Assembly: GCA_964547365.1 (NCBI GenBank)
Contig: CAZJMP010000001.1
Location: 1 to 60,728 of the forward strand
Reading direction: 5' to 3'
Source of the DNA: an uncultured Candidatus Peribacteria bacterium
GTDB taxonomy: Bacteria; Patescibacteriota; Gracilibacteria; Absconditabacterales; Absconditicoccaceae
Length of the DNA: 60,728 nt
Shown here in pieces: positions 42,570 to 52,892 of the stretch (the first letter of the stretch is position 1; each line of letters opens with the position of its first letter). The notes under the pieces were generated by a model. It did not search any database, had not been told where the DNA came from, and saw nothing but the letters and a program-made list of their open reading frames with translations. Position numbers and translations under genes: made by a program.

Positions 42570-42615
42570 TCAAATCTGGCTTACTACCAGGTTTTTTTTG
42601 TTATTTTCATGTTAC

Positions 42616-42643
42616 TTGACAAATATGCTTCAATAAATATAAT
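42616..42643 (+). promoter_or_regulatory. Consensus promoter
   Basis: ttgaca, 16-nt spacer, tataat. Confidence 0.5.
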
Positions 42644-42674
42644 CGCATCTCTATTTTTATATGTTTTGCTTCTT

Positions 42675-43535
42675 ATGATGAAGAAAAAAGATTCTTTATC
42701 TCAGCAACATGTCGAGGATATATGATTTGAACATTCTTCAGATTCAGGCATGCTTTCAAAAAAAGATAAACTTTCTCGTAAACAAAATTTGATGAAGCTT
42801 TTTTTGACTTCAGATATCAAGAATACAAAATTATGGAAACCACTTCAGTCTGTTAAAGAAAACATGATCAAAAATTTCCATGATTGAGGCTTTGATTCTT
42901 CAGATGTAGATAAACTGTTCCGGATATATTTTAATGAACATAAGGATGTATTCATACCAAAACACCTCAAGGGACGTATTACTCATTTCAAGGTATTTGT
43001 TTCTCAAATGCCTAATAACACTAAGCTTGCTCTCCATGAATATCTCTATGTTCTTAGTAATGTGAGGAAACAAATAGATGATTTTATAGTTGCTATAGAA
43101 CCACTGAAGAAAGCAGCTCATGATTATGCAAATGTGGAAATGAAAGAGGCTTTGGAAGAAGATATCTATACTGACTTTGATCGTGATGCTAAACAACAGC
43201 AGTATCGTGCTTTGGCTAAAGCGAAATTCTCTGATCTTATGCAAGCGTCGCCAGATGTATCTTATGATCGAGATCGATTCCAGCAGGGAATGTCTGTATT
43301 GCCAGATACACGACGTCTCAATACTTATAAGGATCTTACTGTTTTCGCTTTGTTAGGATTTCATTATTTTGATAAAAAAGATCTTGTATATTCTACTTTC
43401 TCTGATCAGCAGCTTGAAGAGGAACTTGTCTTTGATTTACCAAAATACCAGCCTGACAAGGTATCGCTCACTCTTGAAGAATACCTTCATCTCATAGAAA
43501 AACTCGATTTCAAGAATAAAGCATTTTCTTTCTAA
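42675..43535 (+). CDS. Hypothetical protein (286 aa)
   Basis: The frame of track ORFs 42525.. and 43008.. is continuous through two TGA codons. Start set at MMKKK, downstream of the promoter. Confidence 0.5.
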
Positions 43536-43554
43536 AAAACTTTTTATATAAGGT

Positions 43555-43596
43555 AAAGCCGCTCAAATAGAAAGAAATTCAGTGAGCGGCTTTTTA
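43555..43596 (+). terminator. Intrinsic terminator
   Basis: aaagccgctca..tgagcggcttt hairpin plus T's. Confidence 0.55.
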
Positions 43597-43627
43597 ATGT
43601 TTGGCTGATGTCATAATGAAATTTTTT

Positions 43628-44038
43628 TTACACTGGTTTAACAATTACTTTTACCGTTTGTAATTCATCCAAGAGGATGCGTTCTTTACCCACGGGTAGT
43701 GGAGCAGGAATCTCAGCAAGGAAAACAAATGTTTTCCGCGGCTTCTTCGTCTCTACAATTCCGAAGAAGTAGGTTTTCCCCCAATGGATCTGTCCTTCGA
43801 AGATTTTTTGCGGATCCATTTGCTTGAATGTTTCAGGATCTGATGCTTTAATCTCCCTGTAGATGCTGAATCCATTGATCTTAGTATTAGCAGGATGGGT
43901 GATGTAGATTTCTTCCAGGCTTGAGACATGCCATCCTAATTTTTTTGTGATTTCAAGCAGTACCTGCTTTTTTGCATCTTTTTTGATGTTGCGGGGAATC
44001 ACTATCCCGCTGCCTGCTGTTGAAACAAAAATTTTCAT
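43628..44038 (-). CDS. Hypothetical protein (136 aa)
   Basis: Intact ORF with no TGA codon. Confidence 0.5.
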   Translation of the reverse strand: MKIFVSTAGSGIVIPRNIKKDAKKQVLLEITKKLGWHVSSLEEIYITHPANTKINGFSIYREIKASDPETFKQMDPQKIFEGQIHWGKTYFFGIVETKKPRKTFVFLAEIPAPLPVGKERILLDELQTVKVIVKPV

Positions 44039-44134
44039 TGGTAACCTCCTTTTGGGTCGTTTTGATGGTTAGACATTTGTTTTTGTTAACTTCATTACTG
44101 ATAATCAGTTTTTCCTTGAAAACAAGGGAAAATT

Positions 44135-45001
44135 TTAAGATACATATTTCGTATATGTATTTATATTTTTTCGTATTTTTTCTGGAGTGAGCTTTTGTAG
44201 CTTGCTGATTAGTTTAGAATCTTCTAATTCTTTTTGCTCTATGGGAATGGTGATGCCGTCTATTGTCTTAAAATCCTTGATGTGTAAAGAAAATGGACAT
44301 CTCGCCAATTTTCCTGGAGGCGTATTGCTAGTATCTAGGATGATCGCTCATTTTCTTCTTTCGTGTCCTGCTATAACATTCAATTTCGTCGATTCACTGA
44401 CTTGTTTCGCTCGTTTGGTAGGAAAACTATCTTCTTTGCCTTTGCCGTAACTCATGTGTGTATCATAAAAATCATGATCCACTGCTGTGTTCAATAGGAT
44501 GTAGATATGGAAACTTGCTCCTGTTCGGAGAATTAATGTTTTGTAGGAAACAAGCTTCGTGAATAATTTATCAGAAGAAATTATTTTTATCAATTCACAG
44601 GCTACTTTTCTCGCATCGTCCGCTGAATTTGTCTGTCTATCAATATCGATGAAGATCCTGTCGATGATGTTTCAGAATTCATTGTTGCAGGCGTAGAAAA
44701 AATTCACCAATTTTCTTGGGACAAAATATTGTCGTAGCAAGACTTGTTTTGGTGTGAGTTGTTCTTTGACTTCGTCTAAGTGATGATCAGCTCTGAGTTT
44801 CAGATAATGCTCATCTATTTCTTTGAAATCTTTGATGTATAATGGTTCGTTTTTTGTTCCTCTTTTGAGGAGTATAAATCTTTCGCCTATGATCTTGCTG
44901 GCGATTTCTTTTCATTTCAGTATCTTGTCCAGTAAGGGAGCGACTTTGCTATATCGCCCTAGAACGTCTAGATTTTTGTAAGGATGAAGAAAATCCTTCA
45001 T
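44135..45001 (-). CDS. Archaeo-eukaryotic primase (AEP/PriS-like) superfamily protein (288 aa)
   Basis: AEP motifs in order: IFIDIDR (DxD), GASFHIYILL (sxH), ILDTSNTPPGKLARCPFSLH (hD..R.P.S.H). Three TGA=Gly codons. In frame with track ORF 44348..44593. Confidence 0.6.
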
Positions 45002-45041
45002 GGATTATCTATGCAATAAAAAATTCCTAGCATATTATGTC

Positions 45042-45123
45042 TGCCGTCGGGGGGACTCGAACCCCCAAGTCTTGCGACATACGTACCTGAAACGTACGTG
45101 TATACCAATTCCACCACGACGGC
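45042..45123 (-). tRNA. tRNA-Leu (anticodon CAG), class II long variable arm, no encoded CCA
   Basis: GCCGTCG-TG-GTGGAATTGGTATACAC-G-TACGT-TTCAGGT-ACGTA-TGTCGCAAGACTT-GGGGG-TTCGAGT-CCCCC-CGACGGC-A. Collinear with E. coli tRNA-Leu(CAG). Confidence 0.9.
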
Positions 45124-45136
45124 ATGTATAATTGAA

Positions 45137-45204
45137 GCCTATCGTGGTGTATACCAACCTTGCTAAAGCAAGGCCCTGCTTCAGCAGGGTTCCACCACGA
45201 CGGC
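45137..45204 (-). other. Pseudo-copy of the tRNA-Leu 5' part (nt 1-26) with a 32-nt double-hairpin insertion in the D-loop
   Basis: Minus strand: GCCGTCGTGGTGGAA, then ccctgctgaagcaggg and ccttgctttagcaagg (32 nt, 45158-45189), then TTGGTATACAC, then CACGATAGGC, which pairs back to the 5' end. A further hairpin gcccgctatagcgggc lies at 45210-45225. Confidence 0.7.
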
Positions 45205-45238
45205 TTGTTGCCCGCTATAGCGGGCAGATAGCTGGTGA

Positions 45239-45481
45239 TTATTTTTTTCCTTTCTCTTTCTTCTGGAAAAATGCTAGGTAGACGATAGGAAGCAATCCTA
45301 CGGTATTTAAGATGAACATAACGATAAACCGTGTCATCTGCTTTTTTGTTCCTGCTTTCCAAAGTGCGATTCCCTTTCGTACTGCGCTTCGTATAAGGAG
45401 GATGTAGATCAAGATTACTTGTCATTGACTAAGTGCCAAAGGCGCCATGTTACTAGCTAATGATGCTGTTTGAGCTTCCAT
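45239..45481 (-). CDS. Small membrane protein (80 aa, DUF5652-like)
   Basis: ..GIALWKAGTKKQMTRFIVMFILNTVGLLPIVYLAFF.. One TGA codon. Not present in the ORF track. Confidence 0.5.
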
Positions 45482-45512
45482 TGTATGTGATTAATAGATA
45501 AAAAAACTTGTT

Positions 45513-46043
45513 TTAATTGTGGTATACAACTATTTTTTTTGCTTTTTCGAAGAGCTTTTTTGCAGGGCAACCGAGCTCACCTTGTTTGCAATGGTTGCAT
45601 GCTAGTTTATTTCTGATACAGCTATTCCCTTGAGAAGTGAGTGCAAGAATTATTATGACTCCGACTAATATCCATCGATTGAATGTTTGCATCAATAGCA
45701 TGATTCCCGTGATGATGGGGATAAACGAAATCAATAGGTCAGGTAGCATATTTTTCCGAGTTATTTTCCTGTTCAAAAATTTTTCCGGTTTGCCTTTTGG
45801 GTAGATCAATGCACTCAGCTTCCCTTTGCCGAAGGCACAATATTTTTCATAATACCAGCAGTTTCTGCAACTTTTCTGAAGTAATCTGAATTCCATATAG
45901 ATGACGAAGATGATATACGCGATTCCTCGGCCGTTCCCTATCTGGAAGATAATGCTTGCACCTATTGCATAGATAATAGTCGTATTGAGATTGGAAATCA
46001 ATATTATTCGTCGTGGATATGCGTCATAGATTTTTCCTTGCAT
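45513..46043 (-). CDS. Cys-rich polytopic membrane protein (176 aa)
   Basis: Intact ORF. CRNCWYYEKYCAFGKG and CNHCKQGELGCP motifs. No TGA codon despite about 15 Gly. Confidence 0.55.
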   Translation of the reverse strand: MQGKIYDAYPRRIILISNLNTTIIYAIGASIIFQIGNGRGIAYIIFVIYMEFRLLQKSCRNCWYYEKYCAFGKGKLSALIYPKGKPEKFLNRKITRKNMLPDLLISFIPIITGIMLLMQTFNRWILVGVIIILALTSQGNSCIRNKLACNHCKQGELGCPAKKLFEKAKKIVVYHN

Positions 46044-46065
46044 AGTGATATCTGAAATAAAGATT

Positions 46066-46623
46066 TTATTTGCAATATTCTTTCAACTGTTCTTTCACTT
46101 CCATGAAATCATTTATGAATCATGGACAGAAATCCTCCTTATGCTCCGTTAATTCTTTTTCTACTTCTTCAAAATTCATTTCTTTGGATTCCACTAATTC
46201 TTCATTGAGCTGTATGATATCATCCGTTTTGCCGACGAAGACTCCGCAGAATATCTTGTAGGTCTTGTCATCATTGTGTACTTCCTGGTAGAATTTTTTG
46301 AGTAGAGTGAGCGGACATGATATGTTCAACTCTTCTTGTAATTCACGTTGAGCTGCTTCTTCGTATGATTCTCATTGGATTACGTTTCCAGCTACTGCTA
46401 GATCATAGAGTCCTGCAACATCTTTTTTATCATCGGCTCTTTTGCAGACGATAAGTTTCCTATTCGATCTTATCAGGAATATGGCGACTACTCTGGATAT
46501 GAATCCTTGCTCTATTTTTTTGCTTTTCAATTCTTGTCCTATGATTTCATCTTTTTCGTTCACAACATCTACCAAATGATCTGCCATTATGCTAATTATG
46601 AAACTAAAATCCTTCCTGCTCAT
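46066..46623 (-). CDS. NUDIX hydrolase
   Basis: Nudix box G[G]ESYEEAAQRELQEELN spans the TGA junction of track ORFs 46372..46623 and 46120..46329. An alternative internal Met start is possible. Confidence 0.75.
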
Positions 46624-47537
46624 GTTTTCTCTATTTTTCCTAATTTGAGGAGTAATGGTTCAACATCCTCTTCTACTGCTTTTTCATTGACTCATAATTG
46701 GACAGCGATAGCTTTGACGCCCATGGGTCTGTCCGCTTTTTCGAGTATTTCTAGATATTTTTTGTGAAGGGGAGTCATACCTCCTTCATCGATCTTGCTG
46801 TGTTTGAGGAAATCCTCCCATAGTGAATCAGTCAGCTTTTTTTCTTGTGATTTAGTTATTACGAAATCTCTGATCTTGATACAGAGGTTATGAATCTCTC
46901 TTGGTACAGAACCAACTTTCTCGCTTATTTTCTTGATGATTTCTTCACTGGTTTGGATTTCGTATTTGTCGAGATACTTCTTTATGATGCTTTCTTTTTC
47001 ATTTGGCGTGTATTCCATGAAATGGAAATTGTAGACGAACCTATTCTTGATCGGTTGGCTCAAGGACTCGGATTTCGTTGTTGCTCCGATAAGCGTGAAC
47101 GGATTGATCGGGATCCTGACATTGCCTCATTCCGGCATTACCATATCGATGACAAAGTCTTCCATCGCTATATACAAGACCTCTTCGATGTTCGGTTTCA
47201 ATCTGTGGATCTCGTCGATGAACAGGATGTCTCAGGTTTCAAGCGTATTTAGAATACTTATGATCTCTGATGGCTTGGTGATGGCATACCCGGTAACTGC
47301 TTTGATGTTCACTTGTCCTTGCTTGGAGATGATGTGTGCCATTGTCGTCTTTCCGAATCCGCTGGGACCGGAAAAAAGGATATGTCCTATATGTCATTTT
47401 CTTTTCTTTCAACTTTCTATCGCTGTTTTTACGATTCCTTTGATATTTTCTTGTCCGATGAATTCTTCGAAGGTATCTGGTCTTCCACTATGACTTATGT
47501 TCATCAATTTATCGGTGTTGATCTTTTTTACTTCCAT
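46596..47537 (-). CDS. ruvB: Holliday junction branch migration ATPase RuvB
   Basis: [35 protein letters not shown]-terminal [12 protein letters not shown][G]AGR. Overlaps the NUDIX gene start by 28 nt. Confidence 0.93.
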
Positions 47538-47562
47538 ATTTCGACGATAAAATGGTAAATGC

Positions 47563-47967
47563 TTAATCTTTTTTGTTCTGTTTCATGAATCTTGGATAAT
47601 GCGTCATCAATATTATGAAGAATAATATCGTCCGGATTCCGCCGCTGAGCATATCAGTCTTGAATGTTGCGTTCCTTGATTGGATGAGCATCGTCTTTTT
47701 CTCTTCCTTGCATTTCGCTATGTCTGCATCGGAAGGTTTGATGGTCTCTTTTTCTGCGATGATGGTGTTGGTGCATTGGTCCAATTCGTAATATCTCTCT
47801 CCTACAATGTATTCGTCGTTGGTTATGATGAGCTTTTTCCCGATATTGAAAAGAAAAAATCCTAATGCGATGAGCGTTCCGATCATACCGACGAGCGTCA
47901 TGAGGAGAAAATAGATTCTGAGGACGCTTCGTCCGTGAGATTTGTTTGGAGTAGCTTTAGTTGCCAT
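47563..47967 (-). CDS. Membrane protein (134 aa, 2 TM)
   Basis: Start set at the internal Met (MATKATPNK..) of track ORF 47563..48039. The upstream part of that ORF overlaps the GC-rich repeat. Confidence 0.5.
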   Translation of the reverse strand: MATKATPNKSHGRSVLRIYFLLMTLVGMIGTLIALGFFLFNIGKKLIITNDEYIVGERYYELDQCTNTIIAEKETIKPSDADIAKCKEEKKTMLIQSRNATFKTDMLSGGIRTILFFIILMTHYPRFMKQNKKD

Positions 47968-48007
47968 GTGTGATTGATATGTGATAAAAGAAATTGCAGT
48001 TTGGATT

Positions 48008-48085
48008 CCGGCTAGATCCCGGCTAGATCCCGGCTGCAAAACTTAACGCCGGGATGACGAGCCGTGATGACGAGCCGGAATGACG
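48008..48085. repeat. GC-rich tandem/inverted repeat block
   Basis: ccggctagatc twice, then ccggctgc, a spacer, then gccgggatgacgag / ccgtgatgacgag / ccggaatgacg. A related motif lies at 60232-60263. Confidence 0.8.
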
Positions 48086-48097
48086 TATAATTATGAT

Positions 48098-49834
48098 CTA
48101 TTTTGTCTGATTTAATTTGTAGTAAGCATTTGTGTTTGCTAATGGACTTATGACAAATGTTGAATCACTTATCCTGATCGTGCCTTCGATAAGCGATAGG
48201 CTGCTGACGATGAAACTAGCCGTTCCTATTTTCTCTTCCGTATCGATTTTGAAGAGATCTCCGTATCGTACAAAGTTATTGGTGAAATATTTCTCTGTAT
48301 TGGATTTTACGACTTTGTATCTCTGTCAGAACATCTCTATATATCCTACATCGAAGTTCCCATTGCTCAGGAGATTCATATCTACATAGACATTGGATTG
48401 CGGCATATTGTTTGTCCCTGTCATAATGGATCATGGGACGGTACTGATGATCTGATTTTGGATAGTGTTGGTATTGAGATTCTGGATGATCTGATATTTG
48501 ACTTTGAATCTATAGAGGAATAATGCTACTTCATATCTGGTGATTGGATTGTCGAACGTGATTGCGTCTGCAGGTCATATCATTCCCAGGTCTTGCGCTT
48601 TCTCGAAATATTTTTTTCGTCGAGGCGTTCATGTCTCGTCTAATTTTTTCCCTTCGAACAATCTGATGATCGCTGCGATGAATTGGGATTTTGTTATCGT
48701 TCCTTTCGGCGTAAAGTATCCATTTGATCATTGCATGATACTCATCTTACACGCTTCCTCTATATAATTGACCAATGATGCATCAGCGTTTCCGATGTCG
48801 GCGAAGATACAATTGTTCGCTAATGCGTTGGTTGCATTGAAATTGAAGACTCCTGCGAACATGGTCAATATCTTCGCAGCTTGTTCTCTATTTAAAATTT
48901 CGAACGGCTGATATTCCGCTATGGTTTTGTAGCTCGTCAATCCGTTGTCGTTCATCCGTCTAATCGCTTCCAAAAGTTCAGGATCGTTATTTACGCTCAA
49001 TGAGTCTGCCAATCCTGCAAAGTTATCCAAAATTCCTGTATTTGTCGTGTTTGTAGAAGTAAGCTCAGCCAATCTTCAGAGCATCATGACTTTGAGGGTG
49101 TCGTTGGTGACGATATTTTTTAATCTGTAGATGTATATTGCCATCTCTCTTCTCGTGATGCTAGTGTCAAACGATACTTGATTATTCAATGTTGTCAAAC
49201 CCATTGCTTGTCCTTTGACGTAATAATCTCCCCATCGAGGCGTTCTGCTTTCGTTGGAGGTCTTGCCTTCGAAAATCCTTACCAATACCGCCATGGATTG
49301 CGGTCTGGTCAATTGCTCTCTCGGCAAGAATTTTCCATCGGTTGTCCCTTTGAATATCCCTCGTTTGCAGCTATCTGTTATATACGATGAGAGGCTAGGA
49401 TCCATCTGATCATTGTCTGAAAATGAGCAGCTGCTGTTTTTTGTTGTTTGCGGATATCCTAATACCTTGAAAGCTTGTCCTATGATCTTTGCTGCTTCTT
49501 CCCTTAATACTCCATCGTCAGGTCTATATTCGTTTTCGTCGCTATATTTCGTCAACCCGTTTGCGTACATCCATGCGAGTGCTTGCTGAAATTCTGTTCC
49601 GGTAAATGTAGTATCGGTTCCTGTTGCATTCGTGCCTGTCGCAATTGTTCCGGTTTCCGTATCGCCTGTGATTGTCGTACCTGTATTGGCAGTTCCGGTA
49701 TTCATCACTATATTGATCTGATGCGTTATCGGATCTATGGTGATCTGGAAATCTCCGCTAGTCTCTGCTTTTGCTGAAAAAGCTAGCAAAGAAACAGTCA
49801 AAATGAGTCCTATTCAGAATAATTTTTTGTTCAT
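48098..49834 (-). CDS. Surface protein with six SLH-like repeats (578 aa)
   Basis: Signal peptide MNKKLFGIGLILTVSLLAFSAKA. Thr/Gly-rich tract. Repeats such as ALAWMYANGLT..YRPDDGVLREEAAKII and GYFTPKGTITKSQFIAAIIRLFEG. Track ORFs 49076.. and 48728.. plus extensions lie in one frame. Confidence 0.6.
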
Positions 49835-49988
49835 GGAAAACTTTTTGTATAGAATAAAATATTCGAAAAAAGTATAACTAATGCACCAAGCTTTTCAATA
49901 TAAAAATGCCGTGTAATTACGCTTGAAAATACTTAGCAAAACAGTAATACTCAAACAACCTTTTATTTTTTTGTATTGAAAAAAGAAA

Positions 49989-50492
49989 ATGACTCATGTA
50001 CAGAGGACTCTAGTTGTCTTGAAACCAGATAGCGTAGGACGCAGCATTACTTGAGAGATCATCTCCCGTTTCGAAAGAGCAGGATTACATATCGTAGGTA
50101 TGAAAATGATCAGACCTGATGAAGATTTCCTTTACCATCATTATGAAAATCTTGGTAAAATGATTTCAAGACGCGGACAAAAAGCGTTTGATGTGACACT
50201 CAAAATGATGCAGCAATGACCTATGATAGCTATTGTTCTTGAAGGCGTAGAAATAGTCGAATATGTGCGCAAAATTGTTGGTGCTACGGAACCTAAGGCA
50301 GCTGCCCCTGGAACTATCAGAGGTGATTATGCTCATATGTCGTTCGCATATGCTGATACCAAAGATATAGGTGTACCTAATCTTATCCACGCTTCAGGGA
50401 ATGCCGAAGAAGCGGAAGCTGAAATCAAGCATCGATTCAATGAAGAAGAACTGTTCGAATACGAACCTCTTCATAACAAATATACTCGCTAA
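49989..50492 (+). CDS. ndk: Nucleoside diphosphate kinase
   Basis: QRTLVVLKPDSVGR, GPMIAIVLEG, GTIRGDY, NLIHASG. Confidence 0.9.
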
Positions 50493-50609
50493 TCGCTATG
50501 ATTATCATAACAATGTAAGATTGAAAGATTGTATAACAACTGTCCACTAAAAAATTCCCGTCTTTTGATCTCAAACATTATCTTCTTTTAATTTGTTTAC
50601 CTTATTTCA

Positions 50610-50849
50610 ATGAAAAAGTGAATCCATGGAAATTATTATAAAGATGTCGAAGTACAATGCATCTGTGGTGCTAAGTTTACCGTGAACGCTACTGTTCCTG
50701 GTCCTATCAAAGTAGAAACATGCTATCAATGCCATCCTGCTTTCAATAAGGACAAAGTAATCAAGAAAGTCATCAAGGGAAGAATGGAAAAATTCTTGGA
50801 GAAGCAAAAGAAAATCGACAGTATTGCAAAACCAAACAAGAAGAAATAA
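50610..50849 (+). CDS. rpmE: 50S ribosomal protein L31
   Basis: MKK[G]IHGNYY..V.C.CG..F...ST, and CxxCHPAF. Confidence 0.85.
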
Positions 50850-50850
50850 A

Positions 50851-50878
50851 TTTTAGCTTGAAGCTTAAAGCGTAAAGC
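50851..50878. repeat. Heptamer repeat spacer, TAAAGC variant
   Basis: ttttagc ttgaagc ttaaagc gtaaagc, directly after the rpmE stop. Confidence 0.65.
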
Positions 50879-50926
50879 CATCCTTGGCTGATATCCTTGA
50901 AGCTCGAGTTCTTTTGGAACGAGTCC

Positions 50927-51556
50927 ATGCTGAGAAAACAGATCATGCAGAAATATGTAGATGTTGGAACTGTTTTTCATGTGATTTGACACAATGGAAG
51001 TGTATTCATCAAGTTGACCTTGAGGACACTTCTTTTTTTGTTGGTGCTGTATGTACTTTTCGTGGTACTCAATAGATATATCATTTGGCCATATCTTGAT
51101 TGGACTTTCGGTATTTTGGGTATCGGTTTCTTCGTCAAATATATCATAGATTTTCTCAATCTCTATCTTGACGGCTTGATTATGACCGATAAAGGCATTA
51201 CCTTATTTATGCGGGAAGGGCTTTTTGACTATAAGACTGATTTTTTTGAGTGGTCAAAGATAGAGGCTATTTCTCATAATCAAAATAGCTTTCGAGACAA
51301 AGTATTTGCAAGAGGTGATTTGATCATCAGGTTAGATCATGGTGTAGAATATCCTTTTGAAAATATTAATTTTCCTCAGAAACAGGCTGAAAAAATCCAA
51401 AAATATAAGGATCAGTTCTCTATAGAAATATCCGAAGCTTCTCCTTCCCCTATAACTGATGATAAGATGGCTATTATTGCTGAGGCATTGAGTGAAGTGG
51501 TGAAAGAATATATGGACAAGAAAACAACCGACGAGGAAGAGGATGAAGACTATTAA
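50927..51556 (+). CDS. Membrane protein with a PH-like (YdbT/bPH-type) domain. Paralog of 59264..59839
   Basis: Two TM helices then ..WSKIEAIS..NSFRDKVFARGDLIIRL. Acidic tail. Start uncertain (ATG at 50927 or 50945, or TTG at 51014). Confidence 0.5.
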
Positions 51557-51559
51557 ATA

Positions 51560-51620
51560 ATGGAAAGATGGAGAATGGAGAGATGGAAAATTAATCCCTC
51601 AATCTTTCAATGTTTCAATT
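51560..51620. repeat. Short tandem repeats ATGGA[G/A]A followed by inverted TTTCAAT units
   Basis: atggaaag atggagaa tggagag atggaaaa .. ctcaatc tttcaat gtttcaat. Confidence 0.65.
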
Positions 51621-51623
51621 TTT

Positions 51624-52892
51624 TTATAATAGTTTCAGCTCTTTCAATATCTTTTCGTACTTCGGGTAATCGGACCCGAATTTTTTTTGCATATATTCAG
51701 TGAGAATGTTCTTTCGGTCGGAGAATCAGGCTAATTGACTGGCATCGACTTTAAAACTGGAGAGCAGTTCGTCCAGATTCTCCGCGCTTTTTTTTAGCCT
51801 TAGATCTTTACAACTCTTTCTTAGATCAGCATCAACCACTTCATCTATCTTGTCGTAATCTATCTGATCGACTTGGAGTGTCAATGCTATATTCTCAAGA
51901 TTTTTTTTCTGATCCTCTTTGAACGTGATGTCTCGCGATGGACTTTGAAAATATCCTTTGTTCGCCTGATCGATCTTCTCTATCTCTTCAAGCAAGATTT
52001 TCTCTGTCAGGATTTCTTTACTTTGGACTAGGATCTGCGGGTTGATGGTAATTGGTAATGTGGTGATCTTTTTCGTTGTCGTATCATACTGGAAGATATA
52101 TTTATTTTGGTTCGTCTCTAGCGAGCTCGTTGATCGAACGCTTCCGGTGCAGAGATAATTCGTATGCGTGAATCCTTGGTGGAGATGTCCTGAGATGAAT
52201 CTCACATCCGGTAATTCCAAAAACTGCTCATTCAATGCGATGTCTTTGTAATTGAATTTCGATTTCTGACCTGGAAAAACCGTGTTGTTGAAATAATAAT
52301 GATGGAAGACATTGATTCACGGATATTTTTCCAGTTGTTCCGCCAAATACTTATTGATATATCATGAAAACGCTTCGTGTTTGTGATTTGATTTCTCGAG
52401 CAAAGCAGAAAAATCACTTATGGATTTTAGCTTTTCGTTCTTTGGCGTATAATCGAGCGTCTCGTTTTCGCCCTCCGAATTGGCGGGCAAGCCTGGTAAG
52501 AAGAACGGCATAAACAATATTTTTTCTCCTTCGATGGTTTCTATTCTTGGCTTGGTTATAAATTGTATATTTCATTCCTCTGAATTCTGACCTCTAAATT
52601 CTGAATTCTGAATTATATCAAAAGCCTTTTTAGCTTCTTCGAAGACAAAAGAATTTCCTAGTCGATCGTGATTTCCTGAAAGAATATAGATATGTTTTCA
52701 TTGAGCGAAGAGGTCGAGGAAGAGTCAGTAGAGCTGGAGCAATGCGTTCCTGTCGTAGGCGAAATGGTAAACATAGTCTCAGAGAAAAATGATATTCTTT
52801 TCATTCGGATACTGAGCAAAAATATCTTTTAGTTGTGCTAAAATCTTTTCGTGGTAACGTGCGTTGATATGAATATCTCCTACTAATAACAT
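51624..52892 (-). CDS. Calcineurin-like metallophosphoesterase (SbcD/Mre11-like), 422 aa
   Basis: LLVGDIHI, FLGDYV, LSGNHD, SGHLHQ in order. Track ORF 51726..52235 plus in-frame extensions through TGA codons. Confidence 0.7.
52581..52615. repeat. Heptamer array inside the phosphoesterase coding sequence
   Basis: tgaattc tgacctc taaattc tgaattc tgaatta. The coding strand reads IQNSEFRGQNSEE. Confidence 0.85.

Noticed and set aside
42525-42674. The upstream part of track ORF 42525..42725 as coding sequence
   Set aside because: It starts inside tRNA-Val and spans the terminator-like hairpin and the promoter. The gene is annotated from the ATG at 42675, downstream of the ttgaca/tataat promoter.
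45042-45123. tRNA whose anticodon loop region contains TTTCAGG, considered as the UGA-decoding tRNA(UCA)
   Set aside because: Only the register TACGT-TTCAGGT-ACGTA gives a paired 5-bp stem, which places CAG at positions 34-36. The long variable arm and near-identity of layout to E. coli tRNA-Leu(CAG) confirm Leu. The UCA register leaves A-C mismatches.
45027-45425. Track ORF of 132 aa on the minus strand
   Set aside because: It runs straight through tRNA-Leu(CAG) and its pseudo-copy. The real small gene here (45239-45481) is in another frame.
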